Translations under genes and position numbers: made by a program
Notes under the pieces: generated by a model
Told to the model about the DNA's origin: nothing
Seen by the model: the letters and a program-made list of their open reading frames with translations, nothing else
The model's database searches: none
In this document: positions 36,522 to 47,064 of the stretch, piece by piece
Numbering within the stretch: the first letter of the stretch is position 1
Layout of the letters: every line of letters starts with the position of its first letter
NCBI GenBank assembly: GCA_046724655.1
Contig: JBKOWY010000112.1
Span: 1 to 59,751 of the forward strand
DNA: 59,751 nucleotides
Source of the DNA: Actinomycetota bacterium
GTDB taxonomy: Bacteria > Actinomycetota > Acidimicrobiia > IMCC26256 > JACDBD01
Direction: 5' to 3'

Positions 36522-37300
36522 TAGAGATCCAACGTAGCTTCGAGCGCCACCCGCTCCACGAGGTCGGGTCCGTCGTTGTCGGCGCTGTTGACCCGGGTGC
36601 CTACGGGATACGCGACGAGCAGATCGTCGGCTGCCGGCGTCAGCATCCGACCGAGCGCGTCGGTCTCGGTGGCGATCGGGTCGAGCCATCGATCCCAGTC
36701 GCGCTCCTCGAGCACGACCGGCATCCGATCGTGGAGCGGGGCAATCGTGTCGTTGGCGTTCGTCGTGACGATCGCGCACGAGCGCAGCCAGTCACCATCG
36801 GGCTCGCCCTCGTACCGCTCCTCCTTGTCGCCGTCGCAAGCTCCGGCTTTCCGGCGAGGATCGGCAAAGCCGCCCTCGCCGCGCCACGCCGCCCACAGGC
36901 CGGCGAGCGCCATTGGCTCGCCATCTCGGCGGTGAATGAACATCGGCTGCTTCCGGCCCCCGCGTCGCTGCCACTCGTAGAAGCCCTCCGCGGGCACGAG
37001 GCAGCGGTGCTTCTGGAACGCGCGCTGGTAGGCAGGCTTGTCCGCCAGCGACTCGGCGCGGGCGTTGATCATGCGGTCCCCGCTTCTCGGGTCCTTTGCC
37101 CACGACGGGACCAGGCCCCACCGCAGCTCCGAGAGATACCGGCGACGATCGTCGTCAACGGTCCGGTCCCGGACTGCGTACACGGTTGCCCGGGGCGCCA
37201 CGTTCCAGCTCGGCTCGTGGTGCGGGGTCGCCACCTCGTGGACGCCGAACCGTTCCACCAGGAGGTCGGGCGACGAGACCTGCACGAAGCGGCCGCACAT
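36521..37300 (-). CDS. SOS-response associated peptidase (SRAP/YedK/HMCES family)
   Basis: 259 aa with MCGRF (catalytic Cys2), WNVAPR, INARAES, CLVPAEGFYEW, HDRMPVVL. It contains an extra loop encoded by repeat copy D. Confidence 0.9.
   Translation of the reverse strand: MCGRFVQVSSPDLLVERFGVHEVATPHHEPSWNVAPRATVYAVRDRTVDDDRRRYLSELRWGLVPSWAKDPRSGDRMINARAESLADKPAYQRAFQKHRCLVPAEGFYEWQRRGGRKQPMFIHRRDGEPMALAGLWAAWRGEGGFADPRRKAGACDGDKEERYEGEPDGDWLRSCAIVTTNANDTIAPLHDRMPVVLEERDWDRWLDPIATETDALGRMLTPAADDLLVAYPVGTRVNSADNDGPDLVERVALEATLDL
36827..36882 (+). repeat. Interspersed structured repeat, copy D, inside the SRAP coding sequence
   Basis: GTCGCCGTCGCAAGCTCCGGCTTTCCGGCGAGGATCGGCAAAGCCGCCCTCGCCGC. 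On the coding strand it translates in frame as ...RGEGGFADPRRKAGACDGDK... The stem is kept as CGGCGAGG/CCTCGCCG. Confidence 0.85.
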
Positions 37301-37315
37301 GCAGGCGATCCTACG

Positions 37316-37371
37316 GTCGCCCTCGCAAGCTCGGGCTTTGCGGCGACGGTCGGCAAAGCCGCTGTCGCCGC
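37316..37371 (+). repeat. Interspersed structured repeat, copy E
   Basis: GTCGCCCTCGCAAGCTCGGGCTTTGCGGCGACGGTCGGCAAAGCCGCTGTCGCCGC. It lies 15 nt upstream of the SRAP ATG (37300). A TATAC box lies immediately beyond it on the mRNA-sense side. Confidence 0.85.
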
Positions 37372-37446
37372 GGGTATAGGAGGCCCGTCCCGCAGGCCGC
37401 CGTGCCCCAGGTCACGTTGCCATCCGGCGCTCCGCCGCTCATAATC

Positions 37447-37464
37447 AGACCGAACGGTCGGTTT
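37447..37464. promoter_or_regulatory. Imperfect palindrome upstream of tetR (candidate operator)
   Basis: AGACCGA-ACGG-TCGGTTT, about 19 nt before ATG 37483, preceded by ATAATC. Confidence 0.4.
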
Positions 37465-37482
37465 CAAAGGAAGGGGCCCGAG

Positions 37483-38121
37483 ATGGCAGCCACGACCCAG
37501 CCCCGGAAAGGGGAGGTCACACGGCGCCTGATCCTCGAGCGGGCCGCTCCCGTGTTCAACAAGCGCGGCTACGCGGGCACGTCCATGAGTGAGATCGTCG
37601 AGGCCACCGGTCTCGAGAAGGGCGGCATCTACAACCACTTCGGCAGCAAGGACGAGCTGGCGCTCGAGTCCTTTGCCCACTCGATCTCCCTGATGACGGA
37701 CGCGTTCGTCGTCGCCCAGGAAGGCAAGGTCGGCCTCGATCGCCTCGTCGGCATCATCGAGGCGTTCGGCGAGTGGGCGGACGACCCGTTGATCGCAGGC
37801 GGCTGCCCGATCATGAACACCGCCATCGAGTCCGACGACACCCACCCTGCGCTGGCGGCCCGGGCTCGCGACGCGATGGATTCGTGGCATCGCCTGATCG
37901 GATCGATCGTGAAGGAGGCGAAGGCGCGCGGCGAGATCGACGCCGACGTCGATCCCTACCAGCTCGCCACGCTCATCACTTCCACCCTCGAAGGCTCGCT
38001 CATGCTCAGCAAGCTGTTCCACGACCCCACCCACGAGCACCGGGCGGTCGCGTCGCTCACCAGTCACGTCGAGAGCCTGCGCAAGACGCGCGGGAAAGGG
38101 AAAGGGAGGGCAAACAGATGA
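37483..38121 (+). CDS. TetR-family transcriptional regulator
   Basis: From ATG 37483 in ORF 37096..38121: RRLILERAAPVFNKRGYAGTSMSEIVEATGLEKGGIYNHFGSKDEL. Confidence 0.9.
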   Translation: MAATTQPRKGEVTRRLILERAAPVFNKRGYAGTSMSEIVEATGLEKGGIYNHFGSKDELALESFAHSISLMTDAFVVAQEGKVGLDRLVGIIEAFGEWADDPLIAGGCPIMNTAIESDDTHPALAARARDAMDSWHRLIGSIVKEAKARGEIDADVDPYQLATLITSTLEGSLMLSKLFHDPTHEHRAVASLTSHVESLRKTRGKGKGRANR

Positions 38122-38645
38122 CCACAATCGAAGAACGCAGCCGCGTCGTCACCTGGGACGACCCGATCGCGAGTCTGAAGGACGCGCGGGACCTCGGTGG
38201 GATCGACGTCCTCCGAGCCATCCAGGGCGGCGAGCTGCCGCCCCCACCGGTCGCGCGTCTGCTCGGCCTCGAGGTCGAGCAGATCAGCGAAGGCCTTGTC
38301 ACGTTCGCCTTCGATCCCGCCGAGTACCACTACAACCCGCTCGGCACCGTGCACGGCGGGATCCTCACGACCGTGCTCGACAGCGCCATGGGATGCGCGG
38401 TGCACAGCAAGCTGCGCGCCGGGCTCACGTACAGCACACTCGAGCTGAAGGTGAACTTCCTCCGCCCGGTGCGAATGACGACGGGCCGCGTACGAGCCGA
38501 GGGAAAGGTGGTGCACCTGGGCGGCCGCGTGGCCACCGCCGAGGCTCATCTCGTCGACGAGAACGGCGCGCTGTACGCCCACGCGACGAGCACGTGCCTC
38601 ATCTCCTCCTCGGGCTCCGACGCCGCCGGCGCAGGAGCTGCGTGA
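38118..38645 (+). CDS. PaaI-family hot-dog thioesterase
   Basis: From ATG 38118 (ATGA overlap with the tetR stop; GGGAAAGGGAGGG upstream): NPLGTVHGGILTTVLDSAMGCAV...VHLGGRVATAEAHL. Confidence 0.85.
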   Translation: MTTIEERSRVVTWDDPIASLKDARDLGGIDVLRAIQGGELPPPPVARLLGLEVEQISEGLVTFAFDPAEYHYNPLGTVHGGILTTVLDSAMGCAVHSKLRAGLTYSTLELKVNFLRPVRMTTGRVRAEGKVVHLGGRVATAEAHLVDENGALYAHATSTCLISSSGSDAAGAGAA

Positions 38646-39199
38646 TGGCCGCCGTCGAGCAGATGTCGATCACGCCGCGGCCGCTCACCGGCGACGCCGT
38701 CGAGCTCGGCGACGGATCGCACGTCACGATCCGCAGCATCCAGGCGGCCGACGCGTACCCCCTCCTGCGTATGTTCGACCGACTCTCGCCGGAGTCGATC
38801 TACCACCGCTTCTTCTCCCCGATGCCCCAGCCCCGACGCGCCGCGCTCCTGCACCTCGCCGGGCTCGACAACCAGCTCCACGAGGCGATGGTCGCCGAGG
38901 CGGACGGCGAGATCGTCGGGGTCGCGCGCTACGACGGCCGCCCCGACGAGGACGACGCCGAGGTGGCCGTGATCGTCGAGGACGCCTGGCAGGACCGGGG
39001 TCTCGGGACGCAGCTGCTCCACCATCTGGCCCGTGTCGGAGCTCGGCGCGGACTCGTGGCCTTTCGGGCCGTCATCCTCGGCGAGAACCGCCGGGCGCTG
39101 CCGTTCCTGCGCCGCCTCTCCCCCGAGGCCGACGTCCGCTTTGAGGACGGCGAGTACCAGGTCTATGCGCCCTTCCGGGTGCGGAGCGTGGTCCCGTGA
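38645..39199 (+). CDS. GNAT-family acetyltransferase (Pat-like GNAT core, no sensor domain)
   Basis: From ATG 38645 (TGATG overlap): IYHRFFSPMP...AVIVEDAWQDRGLGTQLLHHL. It resembles the C-terminal half of the cNMP-GNAT protein at 23318-24337. Confidence 0.78.
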   Translation: MAAVEQMSITPRPLTGDAVELGDGSHVTIRSIQAADAYPLLRMFDRLSPESIYHRFFSPMPQPRRAALLHLAGLDNQLHEAMVAEADGEIVGVARYDGRPDEDDAEVAVIVEDAWQDRGLGTQLLHHLARVGARRGLVAFRAVILGENRRALPFLRRLSPEADVRFEDGEYQVYAPFRVRSVVP

Positions 39200-39204
39200 G
39201 GGAC

Positions 39205-39235
39205 GGTCGCCCGGCTCGGAAATCCCGACCTTTTT
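39205..39235 (+). terminator. Possible intrinsic terminator after the tetR-paaI-GNAT operon
   Basis: GGTCG...CGACC stem followed by TTTTT (39231-35). A second T5 run follows 10 nt later. The stem is weak. Confidence 0.35.
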
Positions 39236-39307
39236 ACTCCCCTTTTTGCCGGACCCTGGTACCGTGAGGGCGCACAAGGCCAACGGCACGAACCAGAGGA
39301 GAGAGTC

Positions 39308-39943
39308 ATGGCACTTCGCTTGGGGGACACGGCTCCCGACTTCACCACGGAGACCACCGAGGGCAAGCTGAACTTCTACGACTACCTCGGCGACAGCTGG
39401 GGCCTCCTCTTCTCGCACCCGAAGGACTTCACACCGGTATGCACGACCGAGCTCGGCGCGATCGCGAAGCGCAAGTCCGAGTTCGACCAGCGCAACGTGA
39501 AGCTGATGGGCATCAGCGTCGACCCGCTGGACGCACACGAGGGCTGGTCTAAGGACATCGAGGAGACGCAGGGGGCGGCGCCGAACTTCCCGATGATCGC
39601 CGACCCCGACCGCAAGGTCGCTGACCTTTACGACATGATCCACCCGAACGCGAGTGACACCGTGACGGTCCGCTCCGTGTTCGTCATCGGACCGGACAAG
39701 AAGGTCAAGCTGACGATCACGTACCCGCAGAGCACCGGACGCAACGTCGACGAGCTCCTGCGGGTGATCGACTCGGTGCAGCTGACTGCCGGCTACCAGG
39801 TCTCGACGCCGGTCGACTGGCAACAGGGCGATGACGTGATCATCATCCCGGCCGTCTCGGACGACGAGGCGAAGGGCAAGTTCCCGAAGGGCTGGAAGGC
39901 CCTCAAGCCCTACCTCCGCGTCACGCCCCAGCCCGACAAGTAA
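39308..39943 (+). CDS. 1-Cys peroxiredoxin (Prx6 type)
   Basis: 211 aa with LFSHPKDFTPVCTTELG, VKLMGISVD, HPNASDTVTVRSVFVIGPDKK. GAGGAGAGAG RBS. Confidence 0.95.
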   Translation: MALRLGDTAPDFTTETTEGKLNFYDYLGDSWGLLFSHPKDFTPVCTTELGAIAKRKSEFDQRNVKLMGISVDPLDAHEGWSKDIEETQGAAPNFPMIADPDRKVADLYDMIHPNASDTVTVRSVFVIGPDKKVKLTITYPQSTGRNVDELLRVIDSVQLTAGYQVSTPVDWQQGDDVIIIPAVSDDEAKGKFPKGWKALKPYLRVTPQPDK

Positions 39944-39954
39944 CCACCCGTTTG

Positions 39955-39995
39955 TTGCGTCAACTAGGCCCCTTATGCGTGCCTAGTTGACGCAA
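39955..39995. terminator. Perfect 15-bp inverted repeat between convergent genes (putative bidirectional terminator)
   Basis: TTGCGTCAACTAGGC (39955-69) and GCCTAGTTGACGCAA (39981-95) flank an 11-nt loop, between stops at 39943 (+) and 40003 (-). Confidence 0.6.
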
Positions 39996-40002
39996 GAACG
40001 GT

Positions 40003-41196
40003 TTAGAGCCAGTTCATCGGGTTGACCGGGTTACCGTTCACGCGCACCTCGAAGTGGAGGTGGGGGCCCGTCGACGCTCCCGTCGAGCCGACGCGCCCGA
40101 TCACCTCGCCCTTGCTGACGTGCTGCCCCACCCTCACGCCGATCGAAGACTGGTGCGCGTACCCGGTCGCGAGCCCGCCACCGTGGTCGATCAACGTCCA
40201 ATTGCCGTAGCCGCCGTTCGAGCCCGCCATCTTGACGACGCCGTCGTCACAGGCCTTGATCGGTGTGCCTGACGAGCCCGCGATGTCGACCCCGTTGTGC
40301 ATTCGGCTGCTGCCGTGGATCGGGTGGACGCGCGGGCCGAAGCCGCTCGTGACCGCGCCGTTCACGGGCGAGATGAAGCGGCCGTTGCCCTGCGCGGGAT
40401 TGCCCCGGCTCACGGCGGCCGCGATCTGAGCGTTGATCTGTTCCTGGACCGCGGCGTACTCCGACTCGAACTCCGCCTTCCGGGCGCGGAGGCCTTCGAC
40501 GATTTGCTGCTCCTGCGCCTCCGCGGCGGCGACCTGCTCGCGCTCGCTGTCGGCCTGGGCACGTAGCTGCGTGACGCGATCGCGCTCCGCTGCCGCGACC
40601 CGCTGCGCTTCCTGCGCCTTCGCCTCTTCCTTCCTGAGGTCTTGCTGGGCGTCGTCGAGCTGGTCCTTGAGGCTTCCTTGCCTCCGGATCTCTCGGTCGA
40701 ATTGTCGCGAGTTCTCCCCGAGGTACTTGCTCCCGGCGATCACCTCGTGGGCGTTGCCCTCGTGCGACAGCATCGTGAAGGAGCTGTCGCTGCCGTTCCC
40801 GGACCTCTTGTAGAGAGCAGCCGCCGACTCGTTGAACCGCGCTTTCGAGAGCTCGATCTCGAGCTTGATCCGATCGATCTCGCGCTGGACCGTCTCGATC
40901 TGGGCGGTGATACGCGCGATCTCGGCCTCGGCCGCTTCCACCTGCCGGGTCGCTTCGGCGATCTGGCCGTTGAGCGTCGCCACCTGCCCTTCGAGCACCT
41001 GCCGTTTCGCGGTCGCGTCTTGGAGCTCGTTGATCGCCGTGAGCTCGGCGGCCGACGCATCCTCGATGGCGGCTGAGAGCTCGTTGCGGCGCGCCAGGGA
41101 GTCCGGCGATGGCTGGCCGCCGGCGGTCGGGGGCGAGACGAGACCGAGCAGGAGCGCGATCGCGACGAAGCCCAGAAGCAGGCGCTGGGCTTTCAT
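40003..41196 (-). CDS. Secreted coiled-coil M23/LytM peptidoglycan endopeptidase (EnvC/RipC-like position after ftsEX)
   Basis: ORF track 40003..41235. ATG 41196 gives the signal peptide MKAQRLLLGFVAIALLLGLVSP. Long heptad-rich region. C-terminal HNGVD (HxxxD) and HLHFEV (HxH) are intact. Confidence 0.85.
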   Translation of the reverse strand: MKAQRLLLGFVAIALLLGLVSPPTAGGQPSPDSLARRNELSAAIEDASAAELTAINELQDATAKRQVLEGQVATLNGQIAEATRQVEAAEAEIARITAQIETVQREIDRIKLEIELSKARFNESAAALYKRSGNGSDSSFTMLSHEGNAHEVIAGSKYLGENSRQFDREIRRQGSLKDQLDDAQQDLRKEEAKAQEAQRVAAAERDRVTQLRAQADSEREQVAAAEAQEQQIVEGLRARKAEFESEYAAVQEQINAQIAAAVSRGNPAQGNGRFISPVNGAVTSGFGPRVHPIHGSSRMHNGVDIAGSSGTPIKACDDGVVKMAGSNGGYGNWTLIDHGGGLATGYAHQSSIGVRVGQHVSKGEVIGRVGSTGASTGPHLHFEVRVNGNPVNPMNWL

Positions 41197-41213
41197 GGGC
41201 AGCTGAAGCCTAC

Positions 41214-41241
41214 GCAACAGTAGCCCCAGAGGCAACAGTAG
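41214..41241. repeat. 10-bp direct repeat x2 just upstream of the M23 gene start
   Basis: GCAACAGTAG at 41214-41223 and at 41232-41241 (8-nt spacer). Confidence 0.6.
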
Positions 41242-41341
41242 GTGTCAAACTACCCACTCCGCCCTTTGGCCACGCGCGTGTCGGCAGGGACGACTGGCCT
41301 TGATGCCCTGGCCCTAAAGGGGGCGTGGAGGCGGAGTCGGC

Positions 41342-42226
41342 TCAGACCCGCAAGAAGCGGCGGATGCCGACGCCGGCCCCGACGGAACCGATGACGGCGC
41401 CGCCGAACAGCAGCCCGATGCTGATGACGGCGGCGTCGCCGGAGGTCACGAAGTAACCCCGGAAGAAGTTGCCCTGCGACGTATCGACCTGGCTGAGCAG
41501 GTATTGGAGAGCGAACACGCCGCTGACCGCGAGCCCGGCTCCGACCGCGCCCTGCGCAAGCCCCTCGAACATGAACGGGATGCGCACGAACCAGTTCGAC
41601 GCGCCGACGAGCTTCATCACCTCGATCTCGCGGCGCCGGGCGAAGGTGGCGAGCCGGATCGTGTTGACGATCAGGAACAGCGACGAGGCGATCAGGATCG
41701 TGGAGATCGCGATGAACAGGTAACGCAGGAAGTTCGTGATGTCGATGAGCTGCTTGATCGCCTTGTCGGCGGTCTGCGACTCATCGACACCCGGACGCGT
41801 GTTGTACTTCTCGGCGAGCTGCTTCGTCTGCTTGACGTCCTTGGGAGCGACGCGGAACGACGCCGGGAGTGCGCTGGCGTCGACCGACGTCACCAGGTCG
41901 GGCTTGTCCCTGAAGATCCGCTTGAACTCCTCGTACGCGTCGTCCTTCGACAGGAACTTCGCTGATCTCACCTGACGGTCGTGATCGAGATCGCCTCGGA
42001 CGGCGTCGATCTGCTGCTGCGTCGCGTCGGGCTTCATGAAGACCTCGAACTCGACTCCGTGCTTCCACTTCTCGGTGCCGTGGTCGACCCACTGCTGGAA
42101 CAGCAGGATTCCGCCCAGCAGGAGCAGCGACACCGTGACGGTGAGGATCCCGGCCACCGTCATGAGGAGGTTGCGGCGTAGTGAGATGAGCGTCTCGCGC
42201 GCGAAGTAGCCGAGCTGGCGGAACAT
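41342..42226 (-). CDS. ftsX: Cell-division ABC transporter permease FtsX
   Basis: 294 aa: N-terminal TM, periplasmic domain, three C-terminal TMs. It follows ftsE by 3 nt. Confidence 0.9.
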   Translation of the reverse strand: MFRQLGYFARETLISLRRNLLMTVAGILTVTVSLLLLGGILLFQQWVDHGTEKWKHGVEFEVFMKPDATQQQIDAVRGDLDHDRQVRSAKFLSKDDAYEEFKRIFRDKPDLVTSVDASALPASFRVAPKDVKQTKQLAEKYNTRPGVDESQTADKAIKQLIDITNFLRYLFIAISTILIASSLFLIVNTIRLATFARRREIEVMKLVGASNWFVRIPFMFEGLAQGAVGAGLAVSGVFALQYLLSQVDTSQGNFFRGYFVTSGDAAVISIGLLFGGAVIGSVGAGVGIRRFLRV

Positions 42227-42229
42227 CGA

Positions 42230-42916
42230 TCAGCTCCCGACGCCGTAGACGCCGCGCGACTGGTCTCGCACCATGTGGCCGCGATCCAGCTCGACGACGC
42301 GGCGGCGCATCGCGTCGACGATGCGTTGATCGTGGGTCGCCATGACCACCGTGGTGCCGGTGCGGTTGATGCGATCGAGGAGGCGCATGATGCCAACCGT
42401 GGTCGCGGGGTCGAGGTTGCCGGTCGGCTCGTCGGCAAGGAGGATCAGCGGACGGTTCACGAACGCCCGCGCCATCGACACTCGTTGCTGCTCTCCACCC
42501 GAGAGCTCGTTCGGGAAGCGGTTGGCCTTCTTGCTGAGCCCGACGAGGTCGATGATCTGCGGCACCTGGGAATGCACGATGTGCCGGGGCCGACCGATGA
42601 CCTCCTGGGCGAAGGCGACGTTCTCGTACACGGTCTTGTTGGGAAGCAGCTTGTAGTCCTGGAAGATGCAGCCGATGTTGCGCCGCAGCTGCGGAACCTT
42701 CCACGAGCTGAGCCGCGAGATGTCTCTACCGGCGACGATGATCCGACCCGACGTCGGCGCCTCTTCGCGTAGCAGTAGGCGCAGGGCGGTCGACTTCCCG
42801 GAGCCGGACGGGCCGACGATGAAGACGAACTCACCCTTGTTGACGTTGATGCTGACGTCGCGCAGCGCGACGACGTCGCCCTTGTAGATCTTGGTTACGC
42901 CCTCGAAACGAATCAT
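42230..42916 (-). CDS. ftsE: Cell-division ATP-binding protein FtsE
   Basis: From ATG 42916 ([13 protein letters not shown]). Walker [10 protein letters not shown], signature LSGGEQQR, Walker B LLADEPTG. Confidence 0.95.
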   Translation of the reverse strand: MIRFEGVTKIYKGDVVALRDVSINVNKGEFVFIVGPSGSGKSTALRLLLREEAPTSGRIIVAGRDISRLSSWKVPQLRRNIGCIFQDYKLLPNKTVYENVAFAQEVIGRPRHIVHSQVPQIIDLVGLSKKANRFPNELSGGEQQRVSMARAFVNRPLILLADEPTGNLDPATTVGIMRLLDRINRTGTTVVMATHDQRIVDAMRRRVVELDRGHMVRDQSRGVYGVGS

Positions 42917-43106
42917 CGAGTCCCGGCAGCAAAAGAATCGGGAGCTGGAGGGCCGCCTCCCTTCAGCCACACGTTCCGCCGCAGGCTAGCAGCCTGGCCC
43001 CGCCGGAACCCGAATGGCCCCAGCGGGCTCACAGATTCCTGTGCATCACGCTCGGCAGTCGCGAGGGCGGGCTCTCCCGCGTCGATCGGCGACAGCAGCG
43101 CGGCCA

Positions 43107-44246
43107 CTAACAGGCCGGTCCGGAAGGCGGCACCGGCGGTGTGCTGCCGTTCTGCTGCCGGTGCCACTGGAGGTACTCCTCGATGAAGGAGTCGAACTCG
43201 CCGTCGAGCACGGCGCGTACGTTGCCGGTCTCGTAACGGGTCCGCTCGTCCTTGACGAGCTGGAATGGCGCGAGCGTGTACGTCCGGATCTGATTCCCGA
43301 ACGCGACCTCGCGCTTCTCCCCTGAGAGGGCTTCGAGCTCGTGTTGACGTTCGACGCGTTGACGCTCCGCGAGTCGTGCGGCGAGAATCTGCATCGCCTT
43401 CGCGCGGTTCTGGATCTGAGAACGTTCGTTCTGGACCGATACCACGATGCCGGTAGGGATGTGCGTGACGCGCACGGCGGAATCCGTGACGTTCACATGC
43501 TGGCCGCCCGCGCCCGACGACCGGTATGTGTCGATGCGCAGCTCGCTGGGGTCGATTTCCGGTTCTTCGGCTTGGTCGAGTGCGGGGACGGCATCGAAGG
43601 ACGCGAAGGCGGTGTGACGACGGGCGTTGGCGTCGAACGGTGAGATGCGAATGAGCCTGTGCACGCCCTTCTCGCCCCGAAGCAATCCGTACGCGTACCG
43701 CCCCTTGACGATGAACGTCGCGGAGGTGATGCCCGCCTCCGTGCCACCTTGGACCTCGTCGAGCTCGACGTCGAACCCTCGACGTTCCGCCCAGCGCAGA
43801 TACATGCGCAGCAACATCTCCGCCCAGTCCTGGGCGTCGGTGCCCCCGGCGCCCGAGTGGATCTCGCAGATCGCATCGCGCTCGTCGTGCTCCCCCGTGA
43901 ACAATGCCCGCAGCTCGAGCCGGTCGAGATCCGCGGCCAGAGCGTCGATGCCGGAGACGATCTCCGATTCGACCGAGTCGTCGTCCTCCTCGCGGCCTAG
44001 CTCGAAGAGCGTCTCGAGCTCCGACTGGCGTTCCTCGAGGCCGTCGACCAGCGCCAGGTCGTCGCGCACCTGGGCCAGCTCGGTCGTGACCTTGCGCGCT
44101 TGGTCCTGGTCGTTCCACAAGTCCGGCTTGCTGGCCTCCTCCTCGAGCTCGGCCAGACGGGCGCGTGCAGCGTCGATCTGCAGGTAGGCGCGCGCGTCAT
44201 CGACGCGGCGGCGGAGATCGGCCAGGGGTTCGGTGTGATCGCGCAT
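43107..44246 (-). CDS. prfB: Peptide chain release factor 2 (single uninterrupted frame)
   Basis: 379 aa with the SPF motif (RISPFDANARRHT) and GGQ (SSGAGGQHVN). The N-terminus is contiguous, so there is no programmed frameshift site. Confidence 0.95.
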   Translation of the reverse strand: MRDHTEPLADLRRRVDDARAYLQIDAARARLAELEEEASKPDLWNDQDQARKVTTELAQVRDDLALVDGLEERQSELETLFELGREEDDDSVESEIVSGIDALAADLDRLELRALFTGEHDERDAICEIHSGAGGTDAQDWAEMLLRMYLRWAERRGFDVELDEVQGGTEAGITSATFIVKGRYAYGLLRGEKGVHRLIRISPFDANARRHTAFASFDAVPALDQAEEPEIDPSELRIDTYRSSGAGGQHVNVTDSAVRVTHIPTGIVVSVQNERSQIQNRAKAMQILAARLAERQRVERQHELEALSGEKREVAFGNQIRTYTLAPFQLVKDERTRYETGNVRAVLDGEFDSFIEEYLQWHRQQNGSTPPVPPSGPAC

Positions 44247-44276
44247 CGCAGTGCGAGCGGTTGGACAGACCGCGGT

Positions 44277-47036
<2,760 letters not shown>

Positions 47037-47064
47037 ATGGCGATCGAGTGTACCGGCGGGCCCC

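Noticed and set aside
17905-37371. CRISPR array or IS/MITE with transposase as an explanation for the repeats.
   Set aside because: The copies are dispersed over 20 kb with no regular spacer periodicity. There are no cas or transposase genes in the window, and the units are imperfect with internal hairpins rather than terminal inverted repeats flanking cargo.
42917-43106. Possible seventh, degenerate repeat copy in the prfB-ftsE spacer (…CAGTCGCGAGGGCGGGCTCTCCCGCGTCGATCGGCGACAGCAGCGCGG…).
   Set aside because: Only short patches (TCGCxAGxxCGGGCTC, GATCGGC) resemble the family, and the characteristic 10-bp hairpin is not formed. The evidence is too weak to call without a model-based search.
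43107-44246. Programmed +1 frameshift in prfB.
   Set aside because: The RF2 N-terminus through the GGQ motif is one continuous ORF. No short upstream ORF ending CTT TGA is present.
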